Made by a program: the position numbers and the translations under genes. This document shows, piece by piece, positions 28,836-32,000 of a stretch of 32,000 nucleotides of DNA. How positions within the stretch are numbered: the stretch's first letter is position 1; every line of letters begins with the position of its first letter. The notes beneath the pieces were generated by a model that did not search any database, was not told the DNA's origin, and worked only from the letters and a program-made list of their open reading frames with translations. This DNA comes from Caedibacter taeniospiralis (GTDB taxonomy: Bacteria > Pseudomonadota > Gammaproteobacteria > Francisellales > Francisellaceae). The DNA lies in the NCBI RefSeq assembly GCF_002803295.2, contig NZ_PGGB02000008.1, positions 54,797-86,796 of the forward strand, read 5' to 3'.

Positions 28836-29456
28836 CTACGCATCTTTCTCCACTTGTGAGAACTCTAATTCAACAGGGGTTGAGCGTCCAAAAATAGACA
28901 CTGCAACGTGAACTCGCGACTTTTCATAGTTAATTTCTTCAACCACACCCGTGAAGTCTGCAAAAGGACCATTAAGCACACGAACAACCTGACCGACTTG
29001 GAAAGTTGTGCGTGGTTTTGGTGCTGTTTTTTCTGCGCCAGTTTCTAAAGAACCTAAAATTCTTTCTGCCTCAGCATTACTAATGGGCATAGGACGCTCA
29101 CTCGTACCGCCAACAAAACCACTGACTCGAGGTATGCGACGAACCAGCTGCCAGGCTGCCTCATCCATCTCCATTTGAATTAAAACATAACCAGGAAAAA
29201 ATTTGCGCTCACTTTTTCGCTTTTGCCCTGCTTTCATTTCAACGACTTCTTCAGTTGGAACTAATATTTTTCCAAAATATTGCTCCAAGCCTTCAAGCTT
29301 TATTTTTTCTTCTATTTGTGCCTTAACACGCTTTTCATATCCCGAATAAGCTTGAACGACATACCATCTTTTTTTTCCATCACCCTCAGTTTTCGCCAGA
29401 GAAGAATTGGCAGTTTCTGCATTCTTTTCACGCAAATCTTTTTCATCCGCAGACAT
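28836..29456 (-). CDS. nusG: transcription termination/antitermination factor NusG
   Basis: [17 protein letters not shown].., FPGYVLI.M and the KOW region [20 protein letters not shown] are present. It has an N-terminal extension of about 22 aa relative to E. coli NusG. Confidence 0.95.
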   Translation of the reverse strand: MSADEKDLREKNAETANSSLAKTEGDGKKRWYVVQAYSGYEKRVKAQIEEKIKLEGLEQYFGKILVPTEEVVEMKAGQKRKSERKFFPGYVLIQMEMDEAAWQLVRRIPRVSGFVGGTSERPMPISNAEAERILGSLETGAEKTAPKPRTTFQVGQVVRVLNGPFADFTGVVEEINYEKSRVHVAVSIFGRSTPVELEFSQVEKDA

Positions 29457-29465
29457 AAAAAACCC

Positions 29466-29882
29466 TTAACTTAAAATTGCTTGAATAAGATACATAAATA
29501 GCAGCCCAACAAAATAAATAATGACTGAAGCCACTGCGACGATCGCTAATACAACCAGTGTTGAGTTAATCGTTTCTTGTCTCGTGGGCCATACAACCTT
29601 ACGCATTTCCAGCCTTGCTTCTAATAGAAATTGCCAGCCCTTAGCTCCCTGATTTGTCTGCTTAGCAAGCACCAACAGCACAACCAATCCAACAATAATC
29701 AGCACCGCCATTAATGCAGATGACTGAGTAAACAGCGAGAAATACATACTCGAAAAAACAACAAGTACTGCGATTACCAGCATAAGCAGCCACAGCAACT
29801 TATTAGCGCTAGTCGCTATCTCGCGCGCATCAGCTTTTTTTGTTGTGGTTGTCCACACTTTTTTGGTTACTGAATCTTTCAT
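29466..29882 (-). CDS. secE: preprotein translocase subunit SecE (3-TM type)
   Basis: 138 aa. Conserved C-terminal segment E.R.EMRKVVWPTRQET...T.VV. Position immediately upstream of nusG. Confidence 0.9.
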   Translation of the reverse strand: MKDSVTKKVWTTTTKKADAREIATSANKLLWLLMLVIAVLVVFSSMYFSLFTQSSALMAVLIIVGLVVLLVLAKQTNQGAKGWQFLLEARLEMRKVVWPTRQETINSTLVVLAIVAVASVIIYFVGLLFMYLIQAILS

Positions 29883-29911
29883 TCAAAGCCTCATCTTTCA
29901 ATACAAACAAA

Positions 29912-29948
29912 AACGGCGTGCAATCCTAACACAGATCAACACGCCGTT
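29912..29948 (-). terminator. terminator-like hairpin after tRNA-Trp, upstream of secE
   Basis: 9-bp perfect inverted repeat AACGGCGTG / CACGCCGTT with a rather large 19-nt loop. On the - strand it is followed by TTTGTTTGTATT. Confidence 0.45.
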
Positions 29949-29962
29949 CAAGCCAATTTATT

Positions 29963-30038
29963 TGGCAGGCCAGGAGGGACTCGAACCCCCAACTTGCGGT
30001 TTTGGAGACCGCTGCTCTACCAATTGAACTACTGGCCT
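29963..30038 (-). tRNA. tRNA-Trp (anticodon CCA)
   Basis: Hand-folded cloverleaf from AGGCCAGTAGTTCAATTGGTAGAGCAGCGGTCTCCAAAACCGCAAGTTGGGGGTTCGAGTCCCTCCTGGCCTGCCA. Anticodon loop CT-CCA-AA. Encoded CCA end. Confidence 0.93.
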
Positions 30039-30065
30039 ACAAAACTCATCAAGTTGTTATCGACA

Positions 30066-31250
30066 TTAAGCAAGGATCTTAGCCACAACACCAGCACCGA
30101 CCGTGCGACCGCCTTCACGAATCGCAAAACGTAAACCTTCCTCCATCGCGATAGAGTTGATCAATGTCACAACCATCTTAATGTTATCGCCAGGCATTAC
30201 CATTTCAACACCTTCAGGCAATTCACAAGACCCAGTTACGTCAGTTGTACGGAAGTAGAATTGCGGTCTGTAACCTTTAAAGAAAGGAGTATGACGACCA
30301 CCTTCTTCTTTAGACAACACATAAACCTCCGCTTCAAACTTAGTATGAGGAGTGATTGAACCTGGCTTACAAAGAACTTGACCACGCTCAACATCATCAC
30401 GCTTAAGACCGCGCACAAGGATACCAACGTTTTCACCCGCTTTACCTTCATCAAGAAGCTTACGGAACATCTCAACTCCAGTAACGGTTGTTGTTTGTGT
30501 TGGTTTAATACCAACCACTTCAACTGAGTCACCAACTTTGATAATACCGCGCTCAATACGACCAGTCACGACTGTACCACGACCAGAGATAGAGAATACA
30601 TCTTCGATTGGCAACAAGAAAGGCTTGTCAGTTTCACGTTGTGGTTCAGGAATGTATTCATCAAGCGTTTTACCTAACTCAAGAATCGCATCAACCCACT
30701 TCTTCTCACCTGCCAAGGCGCCGGTAGCGGAACCTTTGATAATTGGAGTATCGTCACCAGGGAATTCATACTGATCTAGAAGTTCACGAACTTCCATTTC
30801 CACCAACTCTAACAATTCTTCATCGTCTACCATATCGCACTTGTTCAAGAAAACAACGATATATGGAACGCCTACCTGACGTGACAACAAGATATGCTCA
30901 CGCGTTTGCGGCATAGGACCATCGGCAGCAGAGCATACAAGGATTGCACCATCCATCTGAGCCGCACCCGTGATCATGTTTTTAACATAATCCGCATGCC
31001 CTGGACAGTCAACGTGCGCATAGTGACGCGCAGGAGTTTCATATTCAACATGCGAAGTTGAAATGGTAATACCACGCGCTTTTTCTTCTGGTGCATTATC
31101 AATCTCATCAAACGCTTTTGCCTGTCCGCCATATGCGTCAGCCAGCACCTTAGTGATTGCAGCGGTCAACGTCGTTTTCCCATGGTCAACATGACCAATT
31201 GTACCAACGTTTACGTGCGGCTTTTTACGTTCATATTTTTCTTTAGCCAT
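30066..31250 (-). CDS. tuf: elongation factor Tu
   Basis: [33 protein letters not shown].., [12 protein letters not shown]. The start is set at MAKEK (GGAG 7 nt upstream). The 4 extra tracked codons are unlikely to be translated. Confidence 0.98.
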   Translation of the reverse strand: MAKEKYERKKPHVNVGTIGHVDHGKTTLTAAITKVLADAYGGQAKAFDEIDNAPEEKARGITISTSHVEYETPARHYAHVDCPGHADYVKNMITGAAQMDGAILVCSAADGPMPQTREHILLSRQVGVPYIVVFLNKCDMVDDEELLELVEMEVRELLDQYEFPGDDTPIIKGSATGALAGEKKWVDAILELGKTLDEYIPEPQRETDKPFLLPIEDVFSISGRGTVVTGRIERGIIKVGDSVEVVGIKPTQTTTVTGVEMFRKLLDEGKAGENVGILVRGLKRDDVERGQVLCKPGSITPHTKFEAEVYVLSKEEGGRHTPFFKGYRPQFYFRTTDVTGSCELPEGVEMVMPGDNIKMVVTLINSIAMEEGLRFAIREGGRTVGAGVVAKILA

Positions 31251-31284
31251 TATTTGCTCCAAAGTTTTATTAATAAACTCAACA

Positions 31285-31360
<76 letters not shown>

Positions 31361-31445
31361 TTCAATTATTTCTCATAAAATCAATACTTTTAATTCACTA
31401 AAGTACACTTAACTTAAATAAATCACTTATTTATAGATCCCTTTA

Positions 31446-31519
31446 TGGAGCGGGCGATGGGAATCGAACCCACGCTATCGGCTTGGAAGGCCGAAGTTCT
31501 ACCATTGAACTACGCCCGC
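31446..31519 (-). tRNA. tRNA-Gly (anticodon TCC)
   Basis: GCGGGCGTAGTTCAATGGTAGAACTTCGGCCTTCCAAGCCGATAGCGTGGGTTCGATTCCCATCGCCCGCTCCA. 74 nt, all four stems pair. Confidence 0.93.
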
Positions 31520-31531
31520 ATTGGGAAATTG

Positions 31532-31616
31532 TGGTGGAGGGGGCAGGATTCGAACCTGCGAAGGCTGAGCCGTCAGATTTACAGTCTGATCCCTTTGGCC
31601 GCTCGGGAACCCCTCC
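31532..31616 (-). tRNA. tRNA-Tyr (anticodon GTA), long variable arm
   Basis: GGAGGGGTTCCCGAGCGGCCAAAGGGATCAGACTGTAAATCTGACGGCTCAGCCTTCGCAGGTTCGAATCCTGCCCCCTCCACCA. 85 nt, class II tRNA. Confidence 0.93.
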
Positions 31617-31631
31617 AGCGCGCAGGTGACA

Positions 31632-31660
31632 ATCATAGGGCTTTAGTTTTCAAAAATCAA
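31632..31660 (-). promoter_or_regulatory. sigma70-type promoter of the tRNA(Tyr-Gly-Thr)-tuf operon
   Basis: On the - strand: TTGATT (31660-31655), a 17-nt spacer, TATGAT (31637-31632), then a GC-rich discriminator (GTCACCTGCGCGC) immediately before the tRNA-Tyr 5' end. An A/T-rich tract lies upstream. Confidence 0.5.
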
Positions 31661-31739
31661 CTTCTTTTCATTGATTTTTTACCTATAATCTTACGCACCA
31701 GATTCCGAAAACATAAGCCGTTAAGGCGGGCAAGTATAT

Positions 31740-32000
31740 ATGAAACCAAACCCCATTTACCAGTGCTTTTTGCTGGCTATTTTACTTTTTACACTCACAG
31801 CAGGGAGGACCGAAATATATCAGTGGCAAGACCGTAGAGTAGGTCGCTGATTTGATTTTATCTCCACAGAGACCCCTCGTCAAACCGTGCGTAAAGTTTT
31901 CCCTTACACGGCTTTCCGAAAGACTTCTTCCGTCAACTTTACAGCTCATCTAAATATAACCTCCCTTAATTCTTTTATGTTGCACAAATGCCCTACTCAT
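31740..32000 (+). pseudogene. DUF4124-like exported protein reading frame interrupted by an in-frame TGA (31848-31850); the frame stays open to the window edge
   Basis: ATG at 31740 gives MKPNPIYQCFLLAILLFTLTAG-RTEIYQWQDRRVGR-TGA-FDFISTETPRQTVRKV... A signal peptide followed by (E)IY.W.D..G matches my recollection of DUF4124 N-termini. A perfect TATAAT lies at 31684-31689. Only 86 codons are visible, so the call is tentative. Confidence 0.3.

Noticed and set aside
31445-31837. Tracked 130-aa plus-strand ORF
   Set aside because: It is the antisense translation of the tRNA-Gly and tRNA-Tyr genes and the promoter region. It is not a gene.
31848-31900. Selenocysteine recoding of the in-frame TGA
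   Set aside because: I could not find a convincing SECIS-like hairpin at the right distance. There is only an imperfect 4+3 bp stem about 36 nt downstream. DUF4124 proteins are not known selenoproteins.
31782-31949. 55-codon minus-strand ORF (MSCKVDGRS...PPCCECKK) with an upstream AAGGGAGG and a TAG-ATG junction to a 16-codon ORF tail entering from the right edge
   Set aside because: It is the exact antisense frame of the plus-strand DUF4124-like reading frame. It uses AGG/AGA for 3 of its 4 arginines, unlike the core genes here. It resembles no family I know. I treat it as a shadow ORF, but the strand choice is not secure.
31850-31950. Cluster of GGA motifs (ACGGAAG, TCGGAAAG, AAGGGAAAA, GTGGAGA) on the minus strand, suggesting a CsrA-sponge sRNA (RsmY/Z-like)
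   Set aside because: No terminator follows, and no upstream LetA/GacA-type box is visible. In the folds I could draw, most GGA motifs fall in stems rather than loops. The region is better explained as coding sequence on the plus strand.

Overview
Chromosomal window from a moderately AT-rich gammaproteobacterium. Gene order and protein sequences look Legionellales-like, but that is inference only. It is mostly core genome. On the minus strand: a partial sppA-type S49 peptidase, aspS, the tol-pal cluster (tolQ-tolR-tolA-tolB-pal-cpoB), an orphan 480-aa protein, dacB (PBP4), waaC, an MFS transporter and tdk. A short plus-strand block follows: SLT-like lipoprotein, a Type II restriction-modification pair and mnmE. 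Then, on the minus strand, the classic tRNA(Tyr-Gly-Thr)-tuf-tRNA(Trp)-secE-nusG-rplKAJL-rpoBC region. I saw no CRISPR array, IS element, transposase, integrase or phage genes. I do not see a convincing novel multi-gene system. The accessory or odd items worth follow-up are: (1) a HincII/HpaI-like R-M cassette wedged between core genes; (2) an orphan, tail-anchored 480-aa protein in an apparently AT-richer islet next to tolQ; (3) a REP/BIME-like nested palindrome just downstream of it; (4) an apparent 1-nt frameshift separating the dacB signal peptide from the mature PBP4 domain; (5) a DUF4124-like exported-protein ORF at the right edge interrupted by an in-frame TGA. Coordinates I derived by hand (RNAs, hairpins, trimmed starts) may be off by 1-2 nt.
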